Shown: positions 30,250 to 44,380, numbered from the stretch's first letter. The stretch is 64,000 bases of DNA from Octopus sinensis (GCF_006345805.1 NC_043001.1:47492001-47556000); one strand, 5' to 3'. The notes: generated by a model not told the origin, from the letters alone. Translations and numbers: made by a program.

Positions 30250-31140
30250 ATGTGTATATATTTACGTGTATACATTTATGTGTATACATTTATGTGTATA
30301 CATTTACGTGTATACATTTACGTGTATACATTTATGTGTATACATTTATGTGTATACATTTACGTGTATACATTTACGTGTATACATTTATGTGTATACA
30401 TTTATGTGTATACATTTACGTGTATACATTTACGTGTATACATTTACGTGTATACATTTACGTGTATACATTTATGTGTATACATTTATGTGTATACATT
30501 TATGTGTATACATTTACGTGTATACATTTACGTGTATACATTTACGTGTATACATTTATGTGTATACATTTACGTGTATACATTTACGTGTATACATTTA
30601 TGTGTATACATTTATGTGTATACATTTACGTGTATACATTTACGTGTATACATTTACGTGTATACATTTACGTGTATACATTTATGTGTATACATTTATG
30701 TATACATTTACGTGTATACATTTACGTGTATACATTTACGTGTATACATTTATGGTATACATTTATGTGTATACATTTACGTGTATACATTTACGTGTAT
30801 ACATTTATGTGTATACATTTATGTGTATACATTTACGTGTATACATTTACGTGTATACATTTACGTGTATACATTTATGTGACATTTATGTATACATTTA
30901 CGTGTATACATTTACGTGTATACATTTACGTGTATACATATGTATACATTTATGTATACATTTACGTGTATACATTTACGTGTATACATCTATGTGTATA
31001 CATTTATATGTATACATTTACGTGTATACATTTACGTGTATACATTATGTGTATACATTTATATGTATACATTTACGTGTATACATTTACGTGTATACAT
31101 TTATGTATAAGCATTTATGTATGCACATTTACGTGTATGC
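30250..31140. repeat. 14-bp minisatellite (GTGTATACATTTAY), roughly 60 units
   Basis: Direct reading; C/T variants are interspersed and the array degrades at its right end. It explains the pseudo-ORFs at 30250-31247. Confidence 0.97.
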
Positions 31141-32392
31141 ATATATGGGTCTGCAACTGTACGTGCGTGTGTGAGTGTGTATGTTTATGTAGGTGCGTCT
31201 ATGTATGTGTAGGTCAATATATGTGCGCGTACGTGGCTATATGTTAATGGGCATGTTTATCTGGATGTGTTCATGTCTGCATGCGGGCCTAGAAATGTGT
31301 ATGTGTGTCTAAGCATATGTATGTATTAGTGAAACCTTGTACAACATACACACAAAGCAAACACACATACATACATGGAAACATACTTGCATACATGAAT
31401 ACAAAGATAAATAGATAGATACATACATACATCCATACATATATACATAACTACATAAATACACGTATCCATGCACACATATACACATAGATGCAGATAT
31501 ATACATATATTTGTACATGTATACATACATTAACGCATACATATATACATTATTACATGCATATATACATTAATACATGTATAATACATGCATGCATACA
31601 TTAATACATGCATGCATACATACAGAAACGTATTTATACATGCATTTATATATGCATACATACATTAACACAAGCACGCATACATTATTACATATATACA
31701 TACATACATACGTTAATACATACATTAATACATGTATGTATGTACACATACATACAAACGTACATACATACAGAAACACACTGACACATACACATACGAT
31801 GATGCCTCATCTTGTCAGATGATAGCCGTCTTGCATTCACCCTGATTTACTTTCATCCTTGCATGTTCAAGAAATGAAACGATAGTAAGACATCTGTACG
31901 TCATTGGATTTAAGTGGCAAAAGCTTGTATAACATTTTTGCCACTTTCTCGGTCGCCATACAAGCATTGAATACCAGGTGACTGGTATTATTTTGACTGC
32001 CATGTTGTTCAGAGTATCTTTCTCCTTGAAGAACTGCCTTACCCACGGCTTTGTCAAAAATATTGAGAGCCTCTTCTACTCCTAAGAAATCTATTTAACC
32101 CTTAGATGTGACCCTGCCAGACACTACCGTTATGAGATAGAACGATCCTGGAAATATGGGTAATTAACGAGTAACTCCACGTTCCTCGCAACTCTCGAAC
32201 ACCCGAACAGGAGCCTAATCACTGGATGCTGCTTAATGTCATACCCGGGACAAACGCATATAGATACATATACATCGCTGAACTCTACACGTTTTGTTTT
32301 TTCATTCTGTCTCTATTTCCTCTTATTCCACACACAACACACACCACACACACCACACACACACACACCACACACACACACACACACATACA

Positions 32393-32429
<37 letters not shown>

Positions 32430-32538
32430 GTGTGTGTGTGTGTGGTGTGTGTGTGTGTGGTGTGTGTGTGTGTGTATAAGTATATATGCACACACACATA
32501 CATACATATACATGCATATACATATATACATACATATA

Positions 32539-33667
32539 TCAGGTCATCCTATAAGTTCTGTCTGATTTTACCTTTTTTAAAATTGAATGAAATTTAATAG
32601 TATTTTAGAATGTCTAATGGAATTAAAAATTATTTTTATGCATTTGTGTACATTTAAACTAATTAAATATTATTTTACAGAATAATAGAATTAAAATTTC
32701 TTTGATTAAAACTCGTTCTAACATGGAAGTATTCAAAGAGCATTTAAGGCACATAATACTTTATGAGTACTAAAAGGAAACTCTGCAGCCGAAGCGACTC
32801 GAAACATACACTCAGTTAATGGGAAAGAATGCTTGAATGAAAGAACTTGCAGAAGATGGCTAGCAAAATTCAGAAGTGGAGATTTCAGCCTTGAAGATGA
32901 AGATCTAACAGCACGTCCAGTTGTGTTTGATGATAAGCTCCTTGAGGCATTACTTGAAGAAAATCCTGCATTATCAGTTGAAGAATTGGCAATAAAGCTT
33001 AATTCAAACCATACAACTGTTCATCGTCATCTTCAACAACTTGGAAAATGGATACCTCATGAATTGTCCGAAAGCAACCGCAAATCCCGAGTTGACATCT
33101 GTTCTTCTCTCCATTCTCGCGAACTCATTTCACCTTTTTGTGATTGGTGACGAAAAATGGATCTTGTATCGAAATGTGAAAAGTCGTAAACAGTGGCTTG
33201 GTAAAAGGGAAAAAGCTCAAGCACAACCGAGAAGGGAACTTCATGGGAAAAAGGTTCTTCTCTCTATCTAGTGGGATTGCAAGAATCAATATTCAAGTCT
33301 ACTGTCAGCAATTAGAGCGTTTCAACCAAGCTTTGAAGAAAAATAGACCCGCTTTAGTGAATCGAAAAGGAGTGATGTTTCATCAGGACAATGCGCGACC
33401 CCACACTGCAAAAATCACATCACAGAAGATCGAAGAGCTTGGTTGGGAAAAAATTCCTCATTCACCTTATTCTTCCGACCTTGCTCCTTCAGATTACCAT
33501 TTGTTTCGTAGTTTTACATTGATAGGATTAAAAAGCTTGTAAATAGATGAAAGGAAGTCCTAGATAATCAGGGAAAGTACATTGATGATTAAATTTCAAT
33601 TGAATATAACATATGATCACTTGTTTTATTTATTTAAAATTCGGACAGAACTTATGGGATGACCCGA
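32539..33667 (+). mobile_element. Defective mariner transposon
   Basis: TA-flanked TIRs TCAGGTCATCCTATAAGTTCTGTC / GACAGAACTTATGGGATGACCCGA. Motifs WIPHEL, IGDEKW, FHQDNARPH, HSPYSSDLAPSDYHLFRS; internal deletions. Confidence 0.96.
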
Positions 33668-33729
33668 TATATAGAGAGAAATAGATAGATAGATAGATAG
33701 ATAGAGAGGTAGATAGATAGATAGATAGG

Positions 33730-33824
<95 letters not shown>

Positions 33825-35027
33825 GAAAAGAACAGTTGCTTGAAAGAATGGAACAAATATTTTAAAACAATGATCAAAAGTGAGAGAGAGAAAAAGAAGA
33901 GAGGGAGTGAGAGAGAGTGAATGAGGGAAAGTGAGAGAAAGAGAGACAGAGTGAGTGAGTGAGAAAGCAAACGATAGAGTTAGGAGATAACCGAATAGGC
34001 ATGCAGACACAGACAGACAGACAGACAGTTCAACAGTATATGCAGTATTATACATAAACAATAGTTTTTGCTTGGAAGGAGAAAATCAAAACATATACAT
34101 TCTTGACAAAAACACAAAAAACAAAAAAAGCGAAGAAAACAGAAGTCTGTATATATCACTTCAATTTCGTCTTGGCTCCAAATGATTTTATGCAGAGGAA
34201 ATAAAATTACTCTGTTTGGAACATGGTGGCGATGAACCAGATGGTGGTAGCGATCTGAAGAGATTTATATGATCATGAGTGTACGACTACCGGACATCAT
34301 CTCCCTTTAACAATTCTTTTTTCCTTTTACTTTTTCTAGTTTAATTTTTTTCTTTTTCGGACACTGTGTTTTGAACTACGTTTATCCAATCAAAAATTCC
34401 ATTTTCCCTTAAATACGGCAACTCTTCTTTCGGCATGCCTATGCATCCTATATTTGTGGCTCTTCTCACCGTTCCCTTTTCTGTCTTTTTGTATTTTAAC
34501 CTGCTTACTAGCCATTTACTTGTGAATATCATTAGTCTTTCCCTTACTTGACTTTTTACTGTTTTCTGTCCCCACTTTTACTCTTTTCCGACGAGTTGTA
34601 TGTAGAACACTCGAGCACTGTAGACTATAGGCTCAGTGGCTATGGCGAAATAGAGATTGAAAGAGCTGAAGACAGTCATTTTCCTCTTCGGCCAAAGCCA
34701 CGTTGCCTTTTAAAAATTTCTTCTGAAAAGGAAGATAAGGGTTTATAAATATGTAGATTGTGGGTGAATGGGACGAGAATGGTTCGAGTGAGTGGGCCTA
34801 TTCTAAGCTGGTGCTTGTAGGCTGAGTAGTATAAAGGAGATAGATCTTGTCATAGTAATCCCGGTGATTTGGGCGACTCAGGATCTATGGGGTTCCTTGG
34901 TTGCATCTGGGTGGCGTTCTTCCCTAGAGGGAATTTGTTGACATTTATTAGCAAATTCTAATTGTTTTTATTATTTACACATTTTTTCTTGAATTGTCCA
35001 AAATGTTTCGCGGCCCGAAAGAATTAC

Positions 35028-35235
35028 TGGCGAGCTGGCATAATCGTTAGCACGTTGGGCACAATGCTTAGCGGCATTTCTCCCTGCTTTACGTTCTCAG
35101 TTCAAATTCCACCAAAGTCGACTTTGTCTTTTATCCTTTCGAGGTCGGTAAAATAAGTAGAAGTTGAGCACTGGGGTCGATGTACTCGACTTATCCCCTC
35201 CCACGAAATTACTGCCCTCGTGCCGAAATTTGGAA
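35028..35235 (+). mobile_element. Family M SINE
   Basis: GGCGAGCTGGCATAATCGTTAGCACG head and Meta-like core. Confidence 0.85.
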
Positions 35236-35769
35236 GTATTATTATTGTTGTTGTGGTGGTGGTGGTATTTCCTGTCGCTTGTAAATTTGTGCGTTTGTTT
35301 ATATGTTCAAAAGTTGTTAATTATTGAATTTTTTTTATGTAACATTTGTTTAAGCCAACCAGAACACATAAAAGTGGTCAGCAATCTTATTCCTGGTCAC
35401 TTTGGGACACAAATTTATTTGAAAATTTTCCAAGGTTTTTGAAAAATACATTTATTTTTACAAACATGGCATCGACTTCGACAGCCATCAAACTGAAAGA
35501 AAAGGTTAGAGGAAGACAGGGAGAGGGCACTTGCCCTAATGGGCAGGGTGACCGTGATTCTGTGGGGTTTCTGCCAGTAGCTCTCGGATGTCTCCCCACT
35601 TTGGGGGAATCATATTTTGTTTGATTTTCTTGTCTTTTTAATTTCGTTATTTTTCTGTTTATATGCTTTTATGTAACACTACAACGTAATGTATCATCCT
35701 GTACCGGTCTCGATCCTCACTAACCATGATTGGTTGGTAAAGAAATCATCGTCGTCGTCATTGTTGTTG

Positions 35770-35837
<68 letters not shown>

Positions 35838-35841
35838 TAGA

Positions 35842-36036
35842 TGGCGAGCTGGCAGAATCGTTAGTCCGCCAGGAAAAATGCTTAACGATATTTTTCCCGT
35901 TACTACGTTCTGAGTTCAAATTCCGCCGAGGTCGACTTTGTCTTTCATCCTTTCGGAGTTGATAAATCAAGTACCAGTCAGGTACTTGGGTTGATGTGAT
36001 CAACGTACCTCCTCCCCCAAAATTTCAGGCCTTGTG
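35842..36036 (+). mobile_element. Family M SINE
   Basis: GGCGAGCTGGCAGAATCGTTAG...GAGTTCAAATTCC...; flanked by (ATT)n. Confidence 0.85.
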
Positions 36037-36058
36037 AATTATTATTATTATTATTATT

Positions 36059-36450
36059 GAGTGAGAGAGCAGTTCATGCCATCAAAGTGACACTGGGGTA
36101 AAATATACGAAGCCCAATATACCCATCATGACTACCCGTCTGATAAGGGTACACCAGACACATGCATCACAGCCATATGTGCGCGACATGGTGATCTCAT
36201 ATCAAGGTAAACAGCGCATGACCTTGCAGGTGGGGCCCAGTTAGAATTTTCTTCAGGTCGAGTAGCCCATTATTATTATTATTATTATTATTAAGTGGGA
36301 GAGCAGCGCATGCCAATAAAGTGACCCTGGGGTACAAATATACGAAGCTCAATATACCCATCATGACTAACCGCCTGTAAGGGTACACCAGGCACATGCA
36401 TCACAACCATATATGCGCGACATGGTGATGTCCTATCAAGATAAACAGCG
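36059..36450 (-). mobile_element. Two tandem 3' ends of a retroelement with (AAT)n tails, inserted in TAA repeats
   Basis: 36059-36268 and 36294-36450 are diverged copies (GAGAGAGCAG..CATGCCA..AAAGTGAC..CTGGGGTA..), each preceded by (ATT)n. Confidence 0.7.
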
Positions 36451-37208
36451 GATATCGTCAGTCACATATCGTCAATTGGTTAAGATCAAGCAACTGACAA
36501 GCAAATCTGTGGTATTGAACAGAATGTTTGCTGTAGCCCATACAAAGACAAAACATGTACATGATATCACTTCCAGTGAGTTAAGATCAGAAGCCATGAG
36601 AGCCAGTGCCTTGTACTGCTTATATCCTTTATTTTATAAGTAATGTGTAATCCGAAAGAAGTTTGACCGCCGTTTCTGGCAGGTCTGGTTAACACCCAGA
36701 GGTTTCTATATTTTATTTATTTAGTTTCTCTATGAGAAGTGATTCTCTCTTTCTTTTTTTTCATTCATTCTTTCTTTCTTTCTTTCTTCATTCATTCATT
36801 CTTTTAGATGTTGATTCGACGAAGAAATGGATGAACGAACAAGAAAGCCAGAAATGAGAATTATAATTAAAAACGAAATGGACAAGAAAAAGGGGGGGGG
36901 CGGGGAAGAGAGAAAGACAGAGAGAGAGAGAGAAAGAGAGAAGGAGAGAGGGAAGAAGAGAGAGAATGAGAGAGAGCGAAGGAAAGAGGGAAGAAGAGAG
37001 AGGAGAGAGAAACAAAAGAAGAGGAAAGAAACAAAAAATAGAATAGCAACAATCAATCAAAAACATGATAATATGGGTGATGAAATGGTGAACGGATTAC
37101 TTGGGATAAATTAATTTGCAGCGAATAAAACAAGCTTAATCATAATTACTACAATCAGCCTTGTATTAATACACCATTCAGAACGAGGAGAACTGTTTGT
37201 GTGAATAC

Positions 37209-37369
37209 AGGCGCCGGCGTGGCTGTGTGGTAAGAAGCTTACTTTCCAACTACATGGTTCCGGGTTCAGTCTCGCTACGTGACATCTTGGGCAAGTGTCC
37301 TCTATTATAGTCTCGAACCTACCAAAGCCTTGTGAGTGATTTGTTAGACTGAAACTGAAAGAAGTCTGT

Positions 37370-37371
<2 letters not shown>
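37209..37371 (+). mobile_element. Family C SINE, 5' half
   Basis: AGGCGCCGGCGTGGCTGTGTGGTAAGAAGC head; ends in (TG)n. Confidence 0.85.
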
Positions 37372-37430
<59 letters not shown>

Positions 37431-37468
37431 AAGATATATATATATACACACACACACACTCACACACG

Positions 37469-37535
<67 letters not shown>

Positions 37536-37784
37536 TTAGTCTCGCTATAGTAGTACGGGGGAATGCGCTGCATCCACCATTTATTGATTTCCTACTGCAC
37601 CACCTCTGCACCACTCAGGCGACAACTCTCCAACTCACGAGTCTCTCTAGATGTTGTTGCTGGTGAGGGTTTTACGAGGTCGGAGTGTAGAATCTACTTC
37701 AGCCTCTTTTAGTTGCCTTTTACGATACGCAGAGGAAGCGTTGGATCTATTTTTAGTCATGACCCCATCCCTTCCCAGCACATT

Positions 37785-38672
37785 AAGGCAGCAAACAAAA
37801 TTCATAGTGTTATTTCTTCCGGCTCTCTACGTTCTGAGTTCAAATCTTACCGTAGCTAGCTTTGTCTTTCATCTTTTTGGAGTCGATAAAATAGAGTACC
37901 AGTCAAATATCAGAGTCGGTGGTATCGACTATACCCACTCAGTCAAAGTGACGTCCTTGAGCCAAAATTTGAACCCATTATCATTATTATTAAGTCGGCG
38001 AAGGTGGAAAACCTGTAGAATTGTAGGCACGCCGGACAAAATGCTTAGCTGCATTTCTTTCGGCTTTATGTTCTGAGTTCAAATTCTGCAGAGGTTGACT
38101 TTGTCTTAAATCCTTTCAGGGTCGATAAAATAAGTACCAGTTGAACAATAGGACCGATGTAATCGATGAGACACCAACAAACTTTCAGGCCTTGACCCTG
38201 TTGTATATTGGATTATTGTGAAGTCAGCGAGCTGGTAAAACTTTTAGAGCATTCCGGGGGGTGGGGGTGGAATGCTTTTCTCAATTATATTTTGGTCCTT
38301 TTATATTTTAAGTTCAAATCCCGCCGAGGTCAACATTGTCTTTCATGCTTTCGGAGTCAATAAAATAAAGTACAAGTCAATGGGGTCAACGTAATCGACT
38401 ATCTCCCAATAAAATTACCGGCCTTGCACCAAAATTTAAAACAACTATTAAAAGCGGTGAAGCTGGCAGAATTGTTGGAGCGTCGTAAAAAATGTCTGGC
38501 GGTTCTTCTTCCAATTCAATAAGTTCTGAATTAATATTCCGTCAGGATCAACTATACATTTCATCCCTCCAGGGTCTATAATATAAAGTACCAGTCAAAC
38601 ACTGGGATCTATAGTATCGACTAACGCCTCTCCTTAAAATTGCAGGTCATGTGCCGAAATTTGAAACCATTA
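37785..38672 (+). mobile_element. Head-to-tail array of four diverged family M SINEs
   Basis: B-box and core (GAGTTCAAAT...TTTCAT..TTTCGG..GTCGATAAAATAAGTACCAG) recur near 37835, 38075, 38311 and 38525. Confidence 0.8.
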
Positions 38673-41595
38673 TTATTCTTGCTGTTTTTTGCTGATGATT
38701 GACATCTTTTTATTTAGCTCAGTTATGAATTTTCATTTCTATTTCAATTCGTTTGCATTTAAATTAAGAAGAGTAAGCGCTCGGGTTCTTTTTATTTTTT
38801 CTCGCTTATAACAGCAAAAAAAATATTTATGAAAGAATTTTTGAACAGCTTCTTATGTTAAACATTTGAGAGCATACTTATATTTCATGGTCATTCCTGT
38901 AATGAGGTTAACTATCCATCCCCAAAATAGAACTGATATTTTCTGCTTCTGCAGTGCTTTATCAGTATCTCTTCAGTGTATGATTTTTATATTCGCCACT
39001 AAAAGTGTTTGATTCTTGCTCTGCAAAAAGGTATTTAATGAAATATGTGAGAACATTTTATCAAAATCTGAAAAATTACCTTTTGTAAAGAGTGTTAATG
39101 GAGCTATCTCCGCTTCTGGAAGCATAAGGGCAAGACGGGTTAAAACTACTTTTTGTAGTTAAAGGTAATAAAATCTTGAGGGGAAGGTTAAAACCGCTTT
39201 CCGCATTTAATGGTAATAAAATTTTGAGCGGATATATCCGCTTTTGCGTTCATTCAACAAAAATATGCCAGTGAAACACAACCCCAAAATAGAAAAAAAA
39301 AGCCCTGACTTTTTGCACACAGAAAGACACAAAAATAGAAAAAGAAACTAAACTGAACAAAAAATCAACGAAGAAAATATGCTTTTGCCAAAAAATAATG
39401 ATAATTCCAGTCTTTTTAGTGTAAATATTAGCGAAATTGACGACATGCTTAACAACAACAATGCGCGCACGCAAACGCTTTTCTCACCAAATAAGGAAAG
39501 CACGGGTAACAACGGGAAAATTGTTGAGTATGAACTAAGTGCGTGCAAAAATATGTTTGGCAAAATACTGTAAATATAAAAAAATAAGGTTTTTATTCAA
39601 GAAAGAGGAAAAAGGAAAATCACCTACATGTTTATCGCCAAAGACAGAGAGGTTTTTTATTTCGTATCCACGAAGGAGCAGTTAGGCCTGGCTGTAGCTG
39701 AAGTTTGGAGCAATGTCTTGTCCATAGATCAAAAGAAGAGTCTCGGAAATGTGTGCCTAGTTTTTAAAAATCTGATGGTCGGGCGAAAACGTAGGGCGAG
39801 GCGGTACATCACACGCCTACTCATACATCCATGCCGAAATGCTTTAGCTGCTTGTCATCAGCTTTCTAGCACGGTGTGGACAGCTGTTGAGTGCCGAAGT
39901 GTCCAGGGTGATAATTAGTCGGACGAAATCTCACTGGGCATGCAAATCCTTATGACCTCCGAACATCACTGAACCATTCCAGAGCGCTGTTCCGACAAGG
40001 AAAAGACCACGAGACGTAGAAGGTATGAGAAACGATGACCAAGGAACAATTCTATGTGAACTGGCAGAACCGTTAGAGCCTCGGAGTATTGGTTCCGATT
40101 CTGTGCATCCTGAGTGCAAACCCCACCGAGATCAATTTTGCTTTTTCTTCTTTCGTGGTCGATAAAAAAGAACCAATTTAAAGCGGTGGATGGAGAGCTG
40201 TAAGAACGTTGGCAAGGATGCCTTAGGGGTAGTTGTTCTGACTCTTTGCGTTCTGGGTTAAAATTCTGCCAAGACCCACTTGGGTGCTCGACTTAATCCG
40301 ACGCCCGGAACAACCTAGTACCTTAGGTGCTTCACCTGGTACCTTAGGTGCTTTGGTGGAATCCACTTTGTTGGAAGCACTCGGGCCAGCTTTCCGTTTC
40401 AAAGACACATTCCTCCTCTTTTCCCACAAGTCTCGGAGTCATTGCAACGGGTCATGCGCACTGACATCAGCTCATAATTAAAGCTGAAAAAACAACAACA
40501 TTCTGAATAGTCTCTTCCAACGGATGTCGGAGACTATGGACAATTTCCCAAAGTCCTTAGCATTGCAATTATTTATTTAAAAAAATACTATACAGGCACG
40601 GAACTGACAACAGCCGAACGAATCCGAGATATGCTGGGCAGTAAAATCGTCTTGCATGTTAATGTTCACTATCTGAGCTTTATCAAACAATTTTCTGTCG
40701 AACGGCTACGGTCGTATGTAAGTTCTAATCATCCTAAATTTCACGTCTTTAATAGAGGTGTATCTTATTAAGAGAGCAGAGAAAAGGCCAATTAAGATGC
40801 AGGAAAGAAAGCCCAATTGCTACACATGTGGTAGTAAAGTGAGAGGAAGACGAAAAGCAGAATAAACGAACCGTAAGTGGTAATAGTAGAAACAGTAAGA
40901 ACAACAGTAAACCCTAGAAATGATGACTGTGGCTGCCTTTACTGCTACTTCTAGATTACAATCGGTCACAGATGTGATAATATGCAGTGCAGATGCAAGC
41001 GAAACTGCTTCGTCCCTTAGTTCCACCAATAACTAAGACCGACAATGACTGAGAGACCGAAGGGTTGTTCTCCTACAGCACTGTACCTACCAGGAGCTTC
41101 AAGCAGTAATATCACATCATAGAGTTATGGTAAGGAGGAAGAGATGGAGGCTGGAGAGTTAAGCAGACTACTATATATATATTTTTTTGAAAATTGCGGT
41201 ACAGAACGCGAGACTAGACATAAAGCAAACAAGAGATTGGAAGTCCCTTATGAAGAGGCGCCCAAATCTATAGAGAATTTCAACTTTATCTTTATGGTAA
41301 TCGGAAAGGAAAACATTAGCCCATGAGAGAAAATGTTGATTCTAAAAGAGGGTGAATGATTTTCAAGGATATCTAATCTATTTAAGACAGTTACTCTAGA
41401 TTGTGAGATATTCTAGGGAAAAAGAAATTATTGGAATAATAAACGTTAAGGTTCCGTTTCCGGTTACGAAGAAAGATAAGTAATAAATACTTTAACGAAA
41501 GATAAGTGAAAGTGTATCATAATGAGAAATAATACGATGAAAAAAATATAGGGTAAGATAAGATTATCACCAGAGTTGTCATGCAAGGGAAATAA

Positions 41596-41629
<34 letters not shown>

Positions 41630-41759
41630 ATTTTTTCACACATGCATACTTATCACATGTAGTAGAGTCGCTTATAAACTATAATGTGAGTGTGTATCTG
41701 TGTGAGTGTGTGTGCGCGTACGTGTATGTGAAATTGTTTTACATATTATACATGCATAT

Positions 41760-41802
<43 letters not shown>

Positions 41803-41913
41803 GGGTACACAAACATACATAAATAGATACATACATACATGCATACATCATAATACATACATACATGCATATATGCATTCATTCATTCATACATACATAC
41901 ATACATACATACA

Positions 41914-41944
<31 letters not shown>

Positions 41945-41984
41945 GTGTGTGTGTATGTGTATGTGTCTGTGTGTGTGAGAGAGA

Positions 41985-42280
41985 AGGCGCGTGGCTTAGT
42001 GGTTGGGGCAGTTGGCTCACGACCGTAAGATTGTGTGTTCAATTCCCGGCGATGCGTTGTGCCCTTGAGCATGTTGCTCCAGTCCACTCAGCTGGCAAAA
42101 ATGAGCAGTACCTGTATTTCAAAGGGACAACCTTGTCACACTCTGTGTCACGCTGAATCTCCCTGAGAACTACGTTAAGTGGCTGTGGAGTGCTCAACCA
42201 CTTGCACGTTATTTTCATGAGCAAGCTATTCCGTTGATCGTATCATCTGGGACCCTTGTTGTCGTAACCGACGGGGTGCT
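41985..42280 (+). mobile_element. tRNA-derived SINE (head B + tail X)
   Basis: Head AGGCGCGTGGCTTAGTGGTTGG..GTTCAATTCCC; 3' half (CCTTGTCACACTCTGTGTCACGCTGAAT...GTCGTAACCGACGG) shared with 1314-1500. Confidence 0.85.
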
Positions 42281-43422
42281 CCTATATATATATATATATA
42301 TATACACTCAAGCACTCACCAGATACGCACACACATACACACAAACAAACAAAAATTCATTCCTTGTATATAAAAAGACGAGACAGTTCTTGGTTTTGAA
42401 AATAGATCTGAGTTCAGGAGGTTAAACAACAACAATTACTGGAGAGATCAGTTGACCAACATGTAAAGGTCTCACTGTGAGTGGGTGTGTTTGTGTATGA
42501 GTACGTGTGTCCGTGTGTAGTTTCTCCTTTTTCCATTGTCGTTTCAACTAGACTGTTGCAATCGTCTCCTGTTCCATAATTGATTGCTGGTCGTTTACGA
42601 TATTTATACACTTAGTGGGGTTTTTTTGTTTGTTTTTTTTTTTTGCTATGATCAGGCTGCACTCATAGAAGCCTTTGAAACTTAGTCTGGGGTTTCACTC
42701 CTTGTTTTTGGAGTCTTGATGTCTTCCTTAACATGTCTTCCATACCATTGACATAGTTAAATCATCGTAATTATCACTTACGTAGAAATGATACTAACCT
42801 GGCAAACTGCACTATCTGAAGCATCGTTACCTGATTTCAGGCATCTGTGGAAGGAGTTCTCGAACTGACATTGAATCAGTCATGAATTTTAACTGCAGAT
42901 AGCTCTGAGATTGCTTTAAAGACTGTCTATAACAGATATCAATTGCCGTGTGAACCGTGATCCCTATCGATAGGCTGCAGGCATTAAAAAACGTGTTAAA
43001 TGCTTACGTATGCAAATTAGTAACTCCAGTTGTCTATAGCTAATGGATTTGCTGAATAAATAAACTCAACTACTTGTAGGATTTGTTAACTCGATATAGA
43101 CACCTCAGATGAAAACCCAACAAGATTAGATTAAGCAGATGAATGACATGCCCCACCAACGACGCCGCCTTTAACAATACTGACCTATCTCACCCTTCCC
43201 TTCTCCCTCCAACTCACCACTTCTACTACTATTCAATCCCCCAATTACCTCTTCCTCCGTAAGCTAGCTTGTATTATCTATTTTTTCTCTTCCACTACTT
43301 CTCCACTTCCCCTGCCTAAGCTACCGGCATCCTCCCACCCTCTGTCATTTACTCCCGTTTTCTTCTTCTCCAATTTCATCATTTAAATCTTTTGCAACAG
43401 GATGTGAACTGATAACTGCCAA

Positions 43423-43582
43423 TTTACCCTCCTGACGAAGGAAGCCGGTATTAAAGTAATATCTATATGCACCCGTCTATTGGTTGCATATCCATGAATT
43501 TTTTGCACATTCCATCTGCTAATTATGAACATTACAGCTATTATGTAATTCCGAGCTTCCAGAAAGAGCTGTCAAGTTAAAA
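43423..43582 (+). ncRNA. Degenerate type I hammerhead with ~100-nt loop 2
   Basis: CUGACGA-A-GGAAGCCGG ... CCGAGCUUCC-A-GAAA-GAGCU-GUC. Stem II is complementary, stem III is one change from palindromic ACAGCUGU, stem I is imperfect. Confidence 0.55.
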
Positions 43583-43669
43583 GAAACATTAATTCTCCCG
43601 TTAGTTTTCTGTATTTTTTATACTCCATTTAAAGTAAAATTATTTGTCTATATATGTGTATGTATGTAT

Positions 43670-44380
43670 GTTAGTTAGTTAGTTAGTTAGTTAGTTAATT
43701 TGGCTCAAAAGCAAATAGTAAGGCCATGTAGGGGGACATGGAGTTAAGTACAGGGTGGTGTTCATGTAAAGAGTTCAGGCCACTTGAGGTCCAGGGAGGC
43801 TTTGAACAAAGCGGTCGTCGGCATCTTCACTATCTCATCTGGCAGCTTGTTCCACGGATCCGCAACCCGGACGGAGAAAGCTCCTCTCCTTCGATTGAGA
43901 TGAAATCGTCGCAGGTAGAGCTTTTCGGAATGACCCCGCAGCCGACGCTCCGGAGCAGGAGTGAAGAACAACTCTTTCGAGAGGTTACACTTCCCGCTTA
44001 TGATGTTGTGGGCGAGAATGAGATCACCACGGCGGCGGCGTTTTTCAAGAGAATAAAGGTCGAGCTTCCTCAGCCTTTCTTCGTAGGAAAAATTTTTGAG
44101 ACCATGAACCAGGCGGGTAGCCAGCCTCTGGACTCTTTCGAGGTGCTGTATGTCTTTGAGGAGATAAGGAGAAGAGGCTTGAATCCCATACTCCAATATG
44201 GGTCTCACCAGCGTGACATAGAGTGGCAGGAATATGGCTGCTGTGAGCACTCCGAATGACCGTCGAATCAAAAACAGAATTCCGCGCGCTTTGTTGGCAG
44301 CATGGACGCACTGGGCCGAAGGCGAAAGGGAGGAATCCACCAAGATACCCAGGTCCTTTACCTGATCGGTCCTCTCCAGC
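43670..44380 (-). mobile_element. 5'-truncated LINE (CR1/L2 group), RT C-terminal region with (TAAC)n tail
   Basis: Open frame [11 protein letters not shown]...LYVTLVRPILEYG..SPYLLKDIQHLERVQRLATRLV..SYEERL..L.LYSLEKRRRRGDLI...LRGH..KL; short 3' UTR and tandem-repeat tail. Confidence 0.93.

Noticed and set aside
30250-31140. CRISPR-like array
   Set aside because: No unique spacers, eukaryotic context and no cas genes.
30250-31247. 200-330 aa ORFs in three frames
   Set aside because: They are translations of the 14-bp minisatellite.
31912-31947. 11-bp hairpin AAGTGGCAAAA/TTTTGCCACTT
   Set aside because: Too short to distinguish from chance in AT-rich DNA.
39120-39920. piggyBac-like ends (GGGTTAA, CGGATATATCCG)
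   Set aside because: No matching TIR pair or transposase motif could be established.
43738-44259. 173-aa plus-strand ORF
   Set aside because: Antisense shadow of the LINE RT frame.
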